Of a stretch of DNA of 64,000 nucleotides, positions 9,558 through 18,358 are shown piece after piece (the stretch's first letter is position 1; every line of letters begins with the position of its first letter). The position numbers were made by a program, and so were the translations under genes. Source of the stretch: a virus. The stretch lies in the IMG/VR virus record IMGVR_UViG_3300039183_000005, positions 32,001 through 96,000 of that record; one strand, 5' to 3'. Under the pieces are notes generated by a model that did not search any database, was not told the DNA's origin, and saw nothing but the letters and a program-made list of their open reading frames with translations.

Positions 9558-9836
9558 GTGGATATTAAACAAGCTAAAAATATACTCAATGATGCAATGA
9601 AATCTATCGATAGATACTGCGCGGATAATCAGGAAATATCAGTTATTAATAAATTGTGTGATGTTATAAAATTTTTACTAGATGAAATCGATTGTATTAA
9701 ATCTCCGACGATGACTGTTTTACATTGCGGAACAGAACAAAAATCAACTGAATTATCTCCAATACTACCTCCATCTCAAATTGATATACCAATGCCACCA
9801 GTGAAACGTAATTATGATGCAAGGGATGCACAATAA
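9558..9836 (+). CDS. hypothetical protein
   Basis: ORF with GGAG RBS, coupled to neighbours. Confidence 0.55.
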   Translation: MDIKQAKNILNDAMKSIDRYCADNQEISVINKLCDVIKFLLDEIDCIKSPTMTVLHCGTEQKSTELSPILPPSQIDIPMPPVKRNYDARDAQ

Positions 9837-10216
9837 TGTCTGATAAATTTGATTTTATAAAAGTACAACCATCCAATGGCGTAATGAAGGATAAAAATGG
9901 AAATATAGTTGCTTTTGTTTGGATATTTAGACCGGATGTTGCTGTTGAAGATCGACACTATTTTAAAATGTCTGATACTGATGATGATTCAAATTTTTTG
10001 TGTATTGAAACTGGCTCAGATAAAATTCCAGTAAATTGTAAAAAAATATTTTCGCCCGACAATAGACCAAATGAGTGGGAATCAGTAGGTGACGAAGAAA
10101 TTCTTAAATGTTTCGAATTTTGTTGTAGTTTGCTGGCTGAAAAATATAAAGACATCGAACTACAGCAGCTTGGTCACCAGATTCTTTTGGATACTTTGTC
10201 CGGAGATAAAAAATAA
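9836..10216 (+). CDS. hypothetical protein
   Basis: TAATG coupling at both ends. Confidence 0.6.
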   Translation: MSDKFDFIKVQPSNGVMKDKNGNIVAFVWIFRPDVAVEDRHYFKMSDTDDDSNFLCIETGSDKIPVNCKKIFSPDNRPNEWESVGDEEILKCFEFCCSLLAEKYKDIELQQLGHQILLDTLSGDKK

Positions 10217-11205
10217 TGCTTCAGACATCAGAACATACATGTGACGTAGTAAAAATTAAACTATTGCCACATCCAAATGCCGATAAATTGAGCTTAGTTA
10301 TGGTCGGCGATTTTCAGTGTATCGTTCGTACTGAGGATTGGAAAGATGGCGATCTTGCCGTGTATGTTCCTCCAGATAATATTGTTCCGGAAACAAAGGA
10401 ATTTGAATTTTTGGGTGGACACCGCAGAATTAAAGCTCGAAAACTTCGGGGTGAATGGTCTGCTGGCCTCTTAGTTCCCGCACCAGAAGGTGCCAAAATT
10501 GGTGATGATTGTATGGAGCGACTTGGCATAATTCATTACGAGCCGAAAGCTAGGGGCGATTTTAGTACTGATGGAGAGAATGTTAAACCACCAAGATCAA
10601 AAGAAACATCTAAAGCTGGTTTATTTACGCCTGTATATGATGTATTAAATTTTCGTAAGTATTCCGATTTGTTTGAAGATGGTGAAGAGGTAATAGTTAC
10701 AGAGAAGCTTCATGGAGCAAATTCTCGCTTTACTTGTGCTGATGGTCAAATATACTGTGGTTCTCGTAGATTTTGGAAAAAAGAAGACTCAAATAATTTA
10801 TGGTGGAAAGCTCTTTCGCAAAATAAAATTCTTGAAACCTGGCTGAGAAATCATCAAAACTATATTCTCTATGGAGAAGTTCTTGGGCAAGTTCAAAATC
10901 TAAAGTATGGAGCTAAAAACGGTGAAATTTTCTTTGCTGCATTTGATATACTAAAGGGTAATAAATGGCTTGATTTTGATGAAGCTTGCGAAATTGGTTA
11001 TATATTGCCGTGGGTACCTTTGGTATATCGTGGGCCATTTGATAAATATAAAATTCTTGCATTTGCAGAAGAGGATAGTTTGTGGCCCTGTGCGCAACAC
11101 TGTCGTGAGGGCGTTGTTGTGAAACCGGTACATGAACGTACTGATCATAGAATTGGAAGAGTACAACTCAAGGTGGTTGGTAATCGATATTTATCTAAAT
11201 CATAG
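10216..11205 (+). CDS. RNA ligase, DRB0094/Rnl-like, with N-terminal OB domain
   Basis: HPNADKL OB motif; TEKLHGAN (motif I), LYGEV, FAAFDI, REGVVVK, QLKVV. Confidence 0.88.
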   Translation: MLQTSEHTCDVVKIKLLPHPNADKLSLVMVGDFQCIVRTEDWKDGDLAVYVPPDNIVPETKEFEFLGGHRRIKARKLRGEWSAGLLVPAPEGAKIGDDCMERLGIIHYEPKARGDFSTDGENVKPPRSKETSKAGLFTPVYDVLNFRKYSDLFEDGEEVIVTEKLHGANSRFTCADGQIYCGSRRFWKKEDSNNLWWKALSQNKILETWLRNHQNYILYGEVLGQVQNLKYGAKNGEIFFAAFDILKGNKWLDFDEACEIGYILPWVPLVYRGPFDKYKILAFAEEDSLWPCAQHCREGVVVKPVHERTDHRIGRVQLKVVGNRYLSKS

Positions 11206-11217
11206 AAGGATATAGAA

Positions 11218-11469
11218 ATGTCTAAAGTAAGAAATTGTCCATATTGTTACGGTACTGGAAAAATTGGTATGATTGGTCGATGCACATATTGTCATGGTAG
11301 AAAAAAGGTATTATCGGATTATGTAAAATGGTATAGCAATAAGGCTTATGCGGTAGCCAAGTTTGAGCGAACAAGGAAAGAGGAAGCTGCAAAACTAATA
11401 GACAAAGATATCAAAAAATGGGAAGAAAAACATCCTAAACCGAGAAAATTTCCCAAAAATACAAAATAA
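11218..11469 (+). CDS. small CxxCxGxG zinc-finger protein
   Basis: CPYCYGTG...CTYCHG. Confidence 0.6.
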   Translation: MSKVRNCPYCYGTGKIGMIGRCTYCHGRKKVLSDYVKWYSNKAYAVAKFERTRKEEAAKLIDKDIKKWEEKHPKPRKFPKNTK

Positions 11470-11545
11470 GAATTTTTGCTAGTTAATTGTACACAATTAC
11501 GAATTGTTGACTATTAATATTTCAATAAAACAGAAAGGATATATT

Positions 11546-11701
11546 ATGCCAGGAAAAGATGGAACTGGTCCTGATGGTCATGGACCTAAAAAGAACAATA
11601 CAGGAGTTCCTACTCCGCGAAGAAGAAGGTCTACTAATCCAGGTGGTGGTCGCAGAAATAGGGGCAAAACTTGTCCGTATAACCCAAATAAGAATACATA
11701 A
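11546..11701 (+). CDS. small basic protein, DUF5320-like
   Basis: MPGKDGTGPDGHGP N-terminus; Arg/Gly-rich. Confidence 0.5.
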   Translation: MPGKDGTGPDGHGPKKNNTGVPTPRRRRSTNPGGGRRNRGKTCPYNPNKNT

Positions 11702-12168
11702 TGATAAAATTTATATCAGGTGACATGTTTGATATTGACGCTGACATTCTCGTCAACACAATCAACTGCGTAGGCGTGATGGGCTGCGGTGTGGCATTGG
11801 CATTTAAGAAAAAATATCCGTATATGTTTAAAAGATATAGATATCTATGTAGGTCTAATCAAATGCATCCTGGAATTCTGTGGAACTATAAAACACCAGA
11901 TGGTAAGCTTATTGTTAATTTTCCCACCAAAGACCACTGGAGAGAACCTTCTAGATATTCGTATATTGAGCACGGACTAGAAGAATTGAGATCATTATTG
12001 AAAGAAGCTGATAAAGACACATCCATTGCATTGCCCGCATTGGGATGTGGACATGGAGGATTGGATTGGGATATTGTTAAGGAAATGATTTCAGAACAAT
12101 TAAGCGATCTAGATAATGTTAATGTTTATGTGTTTCAACCGGGTGACTCAAGAAAACTAGGAGAATAG
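11701..12168 (+). CDS. macrodomain ADP-ribosylhydrolase (DarG/TARG1-like)
   Basis: GDMF...LVNTINCVGVMGCGVALAFK, NFPTKDHW, SIALPALGCGHGGLDW. Confidence 0.9.
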   Translation: MIKFISGDMFDIDADILVNTINCVGVMGCGVALAFKKKYPYMFKRYRYLCRSNQMHPGILWNYKTPDGKLIVNFPTKDHWREPSRYSYIEHGLEELRSLLKEADKDTSIALPALGCGHGGLDWDIVKEMISEQLSDLDNVNVYVFQPGDSRKLGE

Positions 12169-12170
12169 TA

Positions 12171-12443
12171 ATGCCATACATATCACAAGATTCTCGCGCA
12201 GAATACAATGATGAAATCAATAGTTTAGTGGAAAAATTAGAGGCTTGGGATAATGATACATTATCTGGGCATCTTAATTATATTTTTTTCCGTATAGTTG
12301 CCTTATTGGGTAAAAACGAATCATACGCTAGAATGGCAACAGTATCATCTGCTTTATCTGAAGCCCAGGCTGAATTTCGTCGCAGAATTATGGCTCCATA
12401 TGAGGATGAAAAGATTCAACAAAATGGAGATATTCAGTTATAG
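12171..12443 (+). CDS. conserved phage hypothetical protein (DUF6899-like)
   Basis: MPYISQ..R...G.LNY...EFRRRIMAPYEDEKIQQNGDI. Confidence 0.65.
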   Translation: MPYISQDSRAEYNDEINSLVEKLEAWDNDTLSGHLNYIFFRIVALLGKNESYARMATVSSALSEAQAEFRRRIMAPYEDEKIQQNGDIQL

Positions 12444-12493
12444 AACATCATGTTTCGGCTTGAATACTTACATTAATGCATCGGAGAAAAATA

Positions 12494-13900
12494 ATGAGAA
12501 AAAAATTATGCAATGGTTTGTTATTTAGTTTGATGATACTTTTTGCTAGTATTTTTAGTCTACAAAAAACTTTACTAGCATATGAATTACCATCTATTCA
12601 AATTACAGATAATATTGTAAATGATGTAAAACCACAGGTAGATGGTAATATTGTTGTGTGGGAAAGTTACGTTGGACCATATAATACAGAAATTTTTATG
12701 TACAATACCGATACTGGAAATATACATCAAATTACAAATAATACTATTTATGATTTTGATGCTAAAATTAATGGTAATTTTATTGTTTGGACCAGTAGTG
12801 TCAGTCTTGGTGGCTATGACGATGCTGAGATTTTTATATACAATATTGATTTGGGCACAATAACACAATTGACAAATGATAATACTATGGATATTGAACC
12901 AAGTATTGATGCAGATTATTTAATATGGCAAGGACGTGCAGATAATTTGCCTGATGGGCCGTGTGCGTGGAATATTTTTGAATTATCAACTGAGATTTGG
13001 TATGAGCTACCAGCAAATTCATGTTCTTTTCATAATACCGCAAATCTTGAGAATCCATTTTTTGTATTTTTTGTTGACATTCAACCATGGAAATTATATA
13101 ATATTTCAACTGACACCACAATTGATGCATTTTTTGGTTCAAATACGTCCAAAGTAAATAACGGTAGAATAGTTTACAATTCTTCACAATTTCCTCCATC
13201 AAATTATGATCTTTTTATGTTGGATTTGGTTTCTATGAATACGACGCAATTAACCAATACCCAAGAAATCGAACATGATGTTTGTTTGTACGATAATTAC
13301 GTTGTATTCACTAGACAAATTGACCCAGAATTGCCTGAAAAATCAATCTTTATTCTTGATATATCAACTACTACATTGTTTCGTATAATGAATGGGATAG
13401 ATATTGACAACATTGTTATGGATAACAATAAAGTTGCCTGGTTAATGACTGATCCGGCTTACATTCATTGTACCATATTGTGCAATCACAGGACTGAGTG
13501 TATAGCATGTGAGGCGTGTGGTGGCGAATGCCAAGAATGTGATGAATGTTATTTATGTCACGAATTGTGTGATAATTTTGATAAAACCATATTAATACAA
13601 TATGATATAGCTACCCATACCTGGTATAAAATTGATTCTGGTGAATATAACGTAACTGATGTAACGATTAATAACGGCAATACTGTTTGGACAGGATGTG
13701 ATGATATTGATCATGAAATTTTCTTGGTTATTGACTGCCCAGATATTGATGGTGATGGAATTTGTGATATTGACGATAATTGTCCATATACTCCAAACAA
13801 CGACCAAGGAGATATGGACGGAGATGGAATTGGTGATGTTTGTGATCCATGTCCAAAAGTTTTTGGCAATTGTAAACATCCGACAGGCACTATACAATAG
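12494..13900 (+). CDS. secreted beta-propeller protein with Cys-rich insert and thrombospondin type-3 repeats
   Basis: Signal peptide; repeated QITNN...P.I.G..IVW blades; [15 protein letters not shown]...[15 protein letters not shown]. Confidence 0.8.
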   Translation: MRKKLCNGLLFSLMILFASIFSLQKTLLAYELPSIQITDNIVNDVKPQVDGNIVVWESYVGPYNTEIFMYNTDTGNIHQITNNTIYDFDAKINGNFIVWTSSVSLGGYDDAEIFIYNIDLGTITQLTNDNTMDIEPSIDADYLIWQGRADNLPDGPCAWNIFELSTEIWYELPANSCSFHNTANLENPFFVFFVDIQPWKLYNISTDTTIDAFFGSNTSKVNNGRIVYNSSQFPPSNYDLFMLDLVSMNTTQLTNTQEIEHDVCLYDNYVVFTRQIDPELPEKSIFILDISTTTLFRIMNGIDIDNIVMDNNKVAWLMTDPAYIHCTILCNHRTECIACEACGGECQECDECYLCHELCDNFDKTILIQYDIATHTWYKIDSGEYNVTDVTINNGNTVWTGCDDIDHEIFLVIDCPDIDGDGICDIDDNCPYTPNNDQGDMDGDGIGDVCDPCPKVFGNCKHPTGTIQ

Positions 13901-13954
13901 ATTGATGGCACAATAGCATAATTACTAGTGTCTAATCAGAAAGGAGGTGAAATT

Positions 13955-14128
13955 GTGATTAAGAAAATGATGGCGTGTTTACTGGTGGTTTTTTGTTCGT
14001 TTATCGCTGGATGTCCTGCTGCTGATTTTATAGCTGAAAGATTTGGTTACGTACCAGAACCCGAAGCTAGCTGGGTTGATGATGTTGATGATGTATTAGA
14101 TCAAATTAGTGATTTAATTAATGATTAA
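13955..14128 (+). CDS. small lipoprotein
   Basis: AAGGAGGTGA RBS; lipobox FIAG-C followed by P. Confidence 0.6.
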   Translation: MIKKMMACLLVVFCSFIAGCPAADFIAERFGYVPEPEASWVDDVDDVLDQISDLIND

Positions 14129-14140
14129 TCGCATTCTAAG

Positions 14141-14213
14141 TGCGGGGTGGAGCAGTTGGTAGCTTAACGGCCTCATAAGCCGAAGGTCGCCGGTTCGAGT
14201 CCGGCCCCCGCAA
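14141..14213 (+). tRNA. tRNA-Met(CAT), initiator-like body
   Basis: Cloverleaf TGCGGGG/CCCCGCA acceptor, anticodon loop CTCATAA, GGTTCGAGTCC T-arm; CCA not encoded. Confidence 0.93.
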
Positions 14214-14234
14214 ATTCTTTATGAAAGGAAAAAT

Positions 14235-14576
14235 ATGTTGAAAGTTTACATTGCAGGCCCATATGCCAAAGGTGATGTTGCAGTTAATGTTAAAAATGCC
14301 ATAGATGCTGCTGATAGATTAATTGAAATTCGATGTGTCCCATTTGTACCACATTTATTTCATTTTTGGCACATTTTATCTCCACACGAATATGATGTTT
14401 GGATGAATCTGGATATGGAATGGCTGAGACAGTGCGATGTTGTTCTTAGACTTTCTGGTGATTCAGAAGGTGCTGATAAAGAAGTTCAATTGGCTAAACA
14501 ATTAGGTAAACACGTATATACATCGGTTGAAAGTCTTATAAAAGTAATTTCAGGAGATAATAAATGTTACAAGTAA
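14235..14576 (+). CDS. nucleoside 2-deoxyribosyltransferase-like protein (DUF4406/DUF1937-like)
   Basis: VYIAGPY, PFVPH, QCDVVLRLSGDSEGADKE. Confidence 0.75.
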   Translation: MLKVYIAGPYAKGDVAVNVKNAIDAADRLIEIRCVPFVPHLFHFWHILSPHEYDVWMNLDMEWLRQCDVVLRLSGDSEGADKEVQLAKQLGKHVYTSVESLIKVISGDNKCYK

Positions 14577-14875
14577 CATATGATCTTGATAAAATAAAAG
14601 TCAGATTTGATCACAAATTTTGTGGTCCGCATGAAATAATGGGCTGTACTGGTGTTCATGTTAATGAAAGTCGCAGATGTTCTTTGGCGACAGTATATAT
14701 TAATGATGTATTTGCTGGTAAAGGCATGGCGGTATGCCATCCTACGGATAATTTTTGTCGTTCTATCGGAAGAAAGAAAGCCTTAGCCAATGCGCTTATT
14801 CCATTTAATAAATCATTTCGTAGGGCTATTTGGATAGAATATAATATTAAGTGTGGTTTTAAAATACATAAATAA
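14564..14875 (+). CDS. conserved phage hypothetical protein
   Basis: G.AVCHPTDNFCRSIGRKKAL motif. Confidence 0.6.
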   Translation: MLQVTYDLDKIKVRFDHKFCGPHEIMGCTGVHVNESRRCSLATVYINDVFAGKGMAVCHPTDNFCRSIGRKKALANALIPFNKSFRRAIWIEYNIKCGFKIHK

Positions 14876-14902
14876 TAAAGTTATTCATGATTGGGAAAAT
14901 AT

Positions 14903-15295
14903 ATGAAAATTTTTATTCTAGAAGATAATGAATCGCGTATGATAAAATTCAGACGAGAACTTATTGGACACGAGATAGATCATGCAGAAACAGTTCAAGA
15001 TGGCACTAGTTTGGTAGTGGCCAACAAGTATGATTTGCTTTTTCTCGATCATGATTTGGGTGGAAAAGAAATGGTTGATTCTTTTGTCGAAGATACTGGC
15101 TATAAATTAGCCGAATTCATAGCTTCGTTTACTCCGAATAAAGAAACGCCATGTGTAATACATTCATGCAATCCAGTTGGCGCCGACAATATGACCAAAG
15201 TACTCCCTCACGCCATTAAGATACCATTTCCATCTTTAAATATATCACTAGTTATAAAATATGTGGAAAAATATCAAAAACTACTAGAAAACTGA
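14903..15295 (+). CDS. stand-alone receiver-fold protein (cyclic-phosphate-processing REC-like)
   Basis: ILEDN, LFLDHDLGG, TGY, VIHSCNPVGA. Confidence 0.7.
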   Translation: MKIFILEDNESRMIKFRRELIGHEIDHAETVQDGTSLVVANKYDLLFLDHDLGGKEMVDSFVEDTGYKLAEFIASFTPNKETPCVIHSCNPVGADNMTKVLPHAIKIPFPSLNISLVIKYVEKYQKLLEN

Positions 15296-15308
15296 AGGTG
15301 TATAATTC

Positions 15309-15548
15309 ATGGGTAAAAAAAATAAAAAAGAGAAGCAACGAGAATTAACTAAAATAGAACCAATAAATAAAGATATACTTGATTCAATTGGAAGCCCGAA
15401 CATATGGACTCCTAAAACCGAAGATGCCTGGCTAAAGGAACTTCGCAAGATGTCAACTGGAGAAATCTATCGAAGGTTCCCGCCGCTCAAGAAACCTATG
15501 AATGTTAGAAAAAGAGGCAAGGGGTCTGGTTGGGGTAAAAATGCTTGA
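15309..15548 (+). CDS. small basic hypothetical protein
   Basis: ORF with AAGGTG RBS. Confidence 0.55.
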   Translation: MGKKNKKEKQRELTKIEPINKDILDSIGSPNIWTPKTEDAWLKELRKMSTGEIYRRFPPLKKPMNVRKRGKGSGWGKNA

Positions 15549-15620
15549 TGAAAGAAACGCACCAATGGACGTTTTAGATACTGAGTTAGAATTTTTCAAT
15601 ATTTAGTACGCAGGATATCG

Positions 15621-15959
15621 ATGAGTATTAGGCTCTCTAGAAAACAAAGACGCGGTGGACATATCGCCAGACGGAAAAAGGGCATTACACCATATAAATA
15701 TTATCTTACTAAAAAAGAAATTATTCGCAGAAAGGAGGAAGGTGACGTGACTGACTGGAACGAAGAACTTCAAAGAGCAGCAGAACGCGCTATGGAAGTA
15801 GCAACGGCTGTGATTCGAGAGGATGGCCCTAAGAGTAAACCATATTGCGTTTATTCTGAAAAGACTGGACGAAAATTTGGATGTTATCCTACTAGAAAAG
15901 CTGCGGAAAAAAGATTGGCTCAGATTGAGATGCATAAACATATTAAGAAAAACAAGTGA
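15621..15959 (+). CDS. basic hypothetical protein
   Basis: C-terminal YCVYSEKTGRKFGCYPTRKAAEKRLAQIEMHKH, a motif I recognise from phage proteins. Confidence 0.6.
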   Translation: MSIRLSRKQRRGGHIARRKKGITPYKYYLTKKEIIRRKEEGDVTDWNEELQRAAERAMEVATAVIREDGPKSKPYCVYSEKTGRKFGCYPTRKAAEKRLAQIEMHKHIKKNK

Positions 15960-16007
15960 GTAACCACAAAGAGGATTAGCTTGCTTGCCATGCGTAGGTG
16001 GAGTAAC

Positions 16008-16050
16008 GGTGTCGTCGTTCTAAGGCGACACCAGCTTTTGGTTTTTATTT
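16008..16050 (+). terminator. hairpin/possible terminator
   Basis: GGTGTCGTC-GTTCTAA-GGCGACACC then interrupted T-rich tract. Confidence 0.45.
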
Positions 16051-16065
16051 AAGAGATAAAATTTT

Positions 16066-16305
16066 ATGAACATACAAAATAAAATACAGCTTATTTCCAC
16101 AAATAATGAATTTTTGCAGCGATTTAAGGATACATGGGGAGTTGGTAAAAAAAGAAGTGATCAGGCCCGTAGATTGGTTGATGGTGATATTCATTTACCA
16201 GAAGACAAAGATGCTATTATCGGTATGGCAATAATTGTAAATATACAATTAGCATTAAGTCATTTAGAATCACAAGAACTAGAAGTAAGTATCGGTGACG
16301 AATAA
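16066..16305 (+). CDS. hypothetical protein, paralog of 51112..51357
   Basis: Shared QA(R/K)RL..G.I...DK....MA.....QLAL. Confidence 0.7.
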   Translation: MNIQNKIQLISTNNEFLQRFKDTWGVGKKRSDQARRLVDGDIHLPEDKDAIIGMAIIVNIQLALSHLESQELEVSIGDE

Positions 16306-16528
16306 AACAACAGTAGTAAATATTCGAACACACGAATATGACGCATACATAGGCAGGGAGGGGCATGGCCATGATGGCTATTTTGGTAATCCCTTTTCTG
16401 TCATGCGAGATGGTGGTCAAGAATTTGCCTCACGAGTTGAAGAATTAAGAGGAACTAAACATACAGTTACAGAAGCTCGAAAACGTGGTATTAAAGTTGA
16501 AATTATTGGAGTAAATAATGTTAAATGA
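16295..16528 (+). pseudogene. deleted DUF4326-like gene fused to a YspA/SLOG-like C-terminus
   Basis: VVN...YDAYIGR...FGNPF start but no C.C.P..CHG motif; ends GTKHTVTEARKRGIKV. Confidence 0.5.
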
Positions 16529-16784
16529 AACAGTAGATTTTTTGAATTATATTTTGCAACAAGATAGGGTAGGAGTCAGTAATATTTTTCTTGATTGCTA
16601 TATGCCAGCATCTCAGGAATGGATAGATCATCCAACTATTCAAGTAACAACGGATGATAGGGTTCGTTTGATCGGGATATTAAATGGTTTTGTTCTAGAT
16701 TGTCAGAAAACTGAATGTTTAAGAATGGTTATTGATGATAAAACCGGTTTAATTAATCGCTTTGAACTTGGACCATATAAATAA
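16518..16784 (+). CDS. hypothetical protein
   Basis: GGAG RBS; DHPTIQV...LIGILNG. Confidence 0.6.
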   Translation: MLNETVDFLNYILQQDRVGVSNIFLDCYMPASQEWIDHPTIQVTTDDRVRLIGILNGFVLDCQKTECLRMVIDDKTGLINRFELGPYK

Positions 16785-16806
16785 TATCAGAAGGTGATAA
16801 ATAATA

Positions 16807-17232
16807 ATGCAAGCTTGTTATAGAGGATTACGTAATTACAAATATCAATTAGTTGAAGATTATGAATTAATAATTCCCATTAAAGAAAAATCAATAGTTG
16901 AAAAATTTATTGAACTGAACGAAGCTGGTCGTCTTTTGATTAAAAAAGGATATTGTTGGGATGGCCCAAGTGGACCTACAATTGATACTTTAACTTTCAT
17001 GAGAGGATCACTCGTTCACGACGCCCTTTATCAACTTATAAGGATGGAACGTCTGGATTTGTCGTACCGAGACAAAGCTGATCGAATTATTCGTCAAATA
17101 TGCTTAGAAGATGGAATGAATAGAATTAGAGCATGGTATGTTTATTGGTCGTTAAGGTTTTTTGCTAAAGGGGCTGCTATTCCTGGAACGCAAGAATCAG
17201 ATGTAATTGTTTGTGTTCCCGTAAATAAATAA
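16807..17232 (+). CDS. DUF1353-like protein
   Basis: KGYCWDGPSGP...SLVHDALY...R.KAD. Confidence 0.75.
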   Translation: MQACYRGLRNYKYQLVEDYELIIPIKEKSIVEKFIELNEAGRLLIKKGYCWDGPSGPTIDTLTFMRGSLVHDALYQLIRMERLDLSYRDKADRIIRQICLEDGMNRIRAWYVYWSLRFFAKGAAIPGTQESDVIVCVPVNK

Positions 17233-17245
17233 GCAAGGAATAACT

Positions 17246-17659
17246 ATGGCTCTAATAATTGAAGATATCCGTCGTGAAATTAATCATACAATAAGGATGG
17301 GCTATCATGTTAACAATATAGAAGCCTTTTTAATTCATTGTGATGATGCATATACACTATTAAAAGATGACCATGATTATTGCCAAAAATATGGTTTTCC
17401 ATGCAGTATATTTCATACGGAAAATAATGAAATGAAAATTTGTGGCATTAAAATAATTACTAGTGAATACGTCGAACGAGGAACGATCCACAAAATTTTT
17501 AAGAATAATTTACCATATATTCCTCCGCAATTTCAAACATATTTACCCGAAAATGAGCCAATAAATTTTCCAGAATATTTACGACTTCCAACCATTGTTG
17601 ATAAAAAGAAGAAAAAAAAGAAACATAGCACGACACGAAAGATAGAGTTGGGTGATTAA
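17246..17659 (+). CDS. hypothetical protein
   Basis: AAGGA RBS, 137 aa ORF. Confidence 0.55.
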   Translation: MALIIEDIRREINHTIRMGYHVNNIEAFLIHCDDAYTLLKDDHDYCQKYGFPCSIFHTENNEMKICGIKIITSEYVERGTIHKIFKNNLPYIPPQFQTYLPENEPINFPEYLRLPTIVDKKKKKKKHSTTRKIELGD

Positions 17660-17861
17660 TATGGAATTTGGAGACAATCGATTAAAGCGAATAACTAGGT
17701 TTCTTTACAAATGGTTACTGTGTTCTTGGTTCCACAGACGACACAGATGTTATCCAAGAGTTGATTTGCTAGATGATAACTCGTGGCATTGTAAAAAATG
17801 TCATGAGTGTGGAGAAGTGTTTGATATTATTTTTGATGGACAAAATATGAAGTGGTTTTAA
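17652..17861 (+). CDS. small Cys/His zinc-binding hypothetical protein
   Basis: HCKKCHECGE. Confidence 0.5.
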   Translation: MINMEFGDNRLKRITRFLYKWLLCSWFHRRHRCYPRVDLLDDNSWHCKKCHECGEVFDIIFDGQNMKWF

Positions 17862-17862
17862 A

Positions 17863-17945
17863 GGCCCCGTGGCGGAATGGCATACGCGACAGTTTCAAGA
17901 ACTGTTGTCCGAAAGGGCGTGCTGGTTCGAATCCAGTCGTGGCCA
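17863..17945 (+). tRNA. tRNA-Leu(CAA)
   Basis: Anticodon arm ACAGT-TTCAAGA-ACTGT, long variable arm, GGTTCGAATCC; one acceptor mismatch; CCA not encoded. Confidence 0.92.
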
Positions 17946-18030
17946 TTAAAAAATATGCTGAGTAAACTAGAACTGGAAGAAAAAGTAAATTGCAGTGGGT
18001 GGGTTGAGCAATTTATTGGAGATAAATAGT

Positions 18031-18357
18031 ATGAAAAGTGATTATTGGTTTGATTCCGTAAAATCTTCTCTTTCAGAGGCCGGTATTTTGGCAACACAAA
18101 AACAGATTGAACAAATAGCTGGAGATATGGAGGTAAGTCATGATCAGTACGATATGGCTTTCGGATATGATGTGGCTAGTCAGAATCTTCAGGCCAGTAA
18201 AAACAATGAAATAGTAAAACTTAAGAAAAAACTTAGGGAAGAACAAGAAAAGCAAACATGCAAAGAATGTAATGGGAGAGGGTATGTGAGAGAACAAGGC
18301 CCAGTCCATGGTTCCGAATTTACGTGCTATAAGTGCAAGGGGGCAGGAAGGATATAA
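18031..18357 (+). CDS. hypothetical protein with C-terminal CxxCxGxG zinc finger
   Basis: CKECNGRG...CYKCKGAG. Confidence 0.65.
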   Translation: MKSDYWFDSVKSSLSEAGILATQKQIEQIAGDMEVSHDQYDMAFGYDVASQNLQASKNNEIVKLKKKLREEQEKQTCKECNGRGYVREQGPVHGSEFTCYKCKGAGRI

Positions 18358-18358
18358 C

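Noticed and set aside
14214-14234. tRNA-associated ribozyme downstream of the tRNAs
   Set aside because: 3' flanks of both tRNAs show no evident pseudoknot-forming segments, and the tRNA-Met flank is only ~20 nt
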